This document shows, piece after piece, positions 61,401 through 64,000 of a DNA stretch of 64,000 bases. Source of the stretch: Hydrolagus colliei (lineage: Eukaryota); the NCBI GenBank assembly GCA_035084275.1, contig CM068747.1, forward strand, positions 23,560,001-23,624,000, written 5' to 3'. The notes beneath the pieces were generated by a model that worked only from the letters and a program-made list of their open reading frames with translations, did no database searches and was not told the DNA's origin. A program made the position numbers and the translations under genes. Positions within the stretch are counted from its first letter, which is position 1, and each line of letters starts with the position of its first letter.

Positions 61401-64000
61401 CAATTACATTGAAGGTGAACAAGGAACTCATGACCCTCAACATTGTAATGTTGGTGTGGACTGTCAGGTACTTAACCATTTGACTTACTTGACGCAGCCC
61501 TGCTACATATAGATGTTCTGCAGTACAGATAAACAATGCATTCAAACAAAACTGCGCCTGGCTCTTTAAATGGACCGATTTAGTATTTATTCACAGAAGC
61601 AACTCATCTGATTCTTGAAGACTCGGGATTTCAAATGGATGTTTCAGTACTTGTCAGACTCATCTAAGAATGAAGAGTTACTGTCACTGGTGAACAGAGT
61701 ATTTCCAGGAAATCGTAGCCATTAACGCAGTAATAATGGACAATATGAACCTTTAGTACTGAGCAGTCACTCACAAACGCCAGATTTGTTCCAAACAAGC
61801 TGACATCTCGTATCAGCAGAACGATGCCTCATTGTGGATACAGTGGCCACAATTCGCACAATCGTTTTGCATTGAGTGAAAATCGGACCACTATCCATGC
61901 TCAGACCAGAGAAGAAAGAAGGAAAGATTCAAAAATTGAATTAAAAATGTAACATGATGAAATTCTTGTACTGAAGAAAGTGCAGTCTTAGAATTTTTTT
62001 TAATAGATGAAAATGTTTCTCCAGGTTTGCATATTTCTGTTGATACATACATAGCGCATTTTCAGAAACCTTTACAGGTTCTAAACCTCAGATTTCAAAG
62101 GGACTTGTACATCCATCATAAAGCTATATTTATGCTTAAACATTCAGAGTGAAAATCACCTGAAAAATTGTGATAAGTTTTTGAAAGCTTGAACCATACT
62201 AGTTGGGGCATGGGAGGATAACACTGGTCCACATGAAATGGGGGAGGTTTGGTTATCAGAGGGTTATGGAATAGAGAACCAGACAACATTAAATTTGATG
62301 AGGATCCTTCTGATTCTTACAATTTGTGCTTTGGGAAGGAGAGGCTATTAATAATAATCATAATAATAATCCTTGCATTTAATATAATGCCTTTTCACAT
62401 CTTCAAGACATCCCAAAACGCTTCACAAAATATACTGTAAAGTGAATTGACAGTATATTTTGTGGGTGAAATAACGCTGCTTACAAAGTGCGTGGAACAG
62501 TCTACGCAAGGAGGCTGTGGAACTCGATTGCATCAGCAAATCTTTGAAGAAAATGGACAGCAATTTGTTTAAGACATTGACGGAGAGGTGTGAAAGGTAG
62601 AGATGTGGATAGATAATTTGGGGCTGGCCAGGTGGATTGCAATGACCTTGCAATGTCCTGTTCATTCCCATGTTTCTGGGTCCTTATGGTGACAGAAGGC
62701 AGTCAGTCCTTTGAAACCTCAGGGTACAGTAGTTTGTAGGGTGCGTTGGAGAGCGCTCTGATCTACAAGAACTTGTAGTTTTATGGCATCCTTCAATCGA
62801 GTCAATGTCTTGGAAGCGCTTATATCTATGCATTGGCTGGAAATTAGATTTTGCATTTTAATCTTGTGTTTGATTTGTGTTGGGAAAATGTACTTTTGAT
62901 GTGCATCTGTGCACAATATACAACATGGCAGCCCCTGTGCGGGTGGAGAGAATGAAACAAGTTGTAGTTTCGGATTTCATTCACAGTTTGATGGTCAGTA
63001 ATGGCATCAGAAACTACCTTTGATTCCTTCCTTATATTAATTAGAAAAACACCTGATGCAAAATGTCATCACTCCTTCTGCGGCTTTTTTTGTTACAGGA
63101 TTAAAAGGTTTAGCGGTGTGCACATAAACTAGTCTTTTCCAGTAGCTCATAAATGTCCAGAGGTGTCTTTTACAATAATAATCCCTGCATTGGACATATC
63201 TAATTTTCCCTGTATTGATATGTCTCTAACACTTCACAGGATTTACTGTAGAGAGTGTAGAGATTTTTGAGTATTTTGTAAAGGAACATGGTAACCAGTT
63301 TGCACCCAGCAATGTCCCACAAACATCCATGAAGCGAATGACCAATTTTATCTGGAGGATTGTTGGCCAGGACATTTGGAGAAATTCTCTTTCCAATTTG
63401 CTGGGATTATATAGAGTCAAAATTCATGATTTGTGCACCAGGCCTGGAATAGCTAACAAAATAAAATTTAAAAACCTGCCACAAATGGCTCTTAACCAAG
63501 CAACAAAGGTATATTGCCTTATTGCATAATATTCACAAATTGTACAAATTCACATTTATACCGCGCCTATCACATCAGCAGGATGTCTCAACATGTTTCT
63601 AATTACACCCAAGGCTTCAGTTCCTTTCGATACTTCAGCTAGAAGATTGTTTACTGCTCATTGCATTCAGAAGAAAGAGACAATAAAAAAAAGGACTTTG
63701 TTTGCCACGTTGCCTTTCATGCCAAAAAATCCATCATAAATGTCCATTATTTTATCTTGCTGTGTGTATGGGTCTCTTGATTGTAGGGACTACTGTGCCA
63801 TCCCTGCTTGCTGGGTGGAAGCTTGACAGGGTGATCCATCATGAATCATCTCCCTGCTGACTAGATGATAAATTTCCCCTCTCTCTCCCCACCCTGCCCC
63901 CACTTTGCTCCCAGGTAATGATCAAAATGACGGGTTTTAACGAGCTATAGCTATTTTGATTGCCAAAGCCATACGAGCAGATTGTATGGCCTGCATGTGA

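Larger units (their letters stand above)
31300..63420. mobile_element. Many 5'-truncated SINE core/tail copies scattered through the pde11a introns
   Basis: Motif CAGTCAATTCACTTTACAGTATATTCTGTGAAGCGCTTTGAGACGTC...ATCAAATGCAAGGATTATTA recurs at about 34470(-), 34900(+), 35315(+), 40190(+/-), 42955(-), 44835(+), 46735(+), 49560(-), 53130-53405(+ x2), 54995(+), 55465(-), 57185(+), 61015(+), 62350(-) and 63175(-). Confidence 0.8.

Noticed and set aside
63915-63950. Polypyrimidine CCCAG|GTAATG resembling the start of PDE11A exon 3 (VM...)
   Set aside because: Reads VMIKMTGFNEL* and does not match the expected VMQMYLPFCGIAISNAQLF.

Overview
Eukaryotic (vertebrate) genomic DNA. The repeat landscape (tRNA-headed SINEs with Deu-like core, CR1/HER1-type and L2-type LINE 3' ends) points to a cartilaginous fish, probably a chimaera such as Callorhinchus; this is an inference. 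The window holds the conserved RBM45 - cytochrome c (CYCT position) - PDE11A block. (1) rbm45 lies on the minus strand (about 7040-14670). Eight coding exons were reconstructed with GT-AG sites and consistent phases. The expected exon 8 is scrambled into an inverted copy of the neighbouring sequence, probably an assembly artefact. (2) An intact, divergent, intron-containing cytochrome c gene (104 aa, CTMCH) lies on the plus strand (18075-18884), at the position of the mammalian testis cytochrome c. (3) The 5' part of pde11a lies on the plus strand (coding exons 30461-31285 and 43464-43622, GAF-A domain) and continues beyond the window. The rest is intron or intergenic DNA with SINEs, LINE fragments, a Tigger-like MITE, satellites, a 1.3-kb G-rich tract and two N gaps. 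Nearly all other ORFs in the track are spurious. No prokaryotic-type system (CRISPR etc.) is present. The most interesting lead is the cytochrome c exon: in mammals (from recall) its +1 frame supplies the PDE11A3 N-terminus, while here that frame has no ATG and is closed by a single stop codon that overlaps an unusual K27L change.
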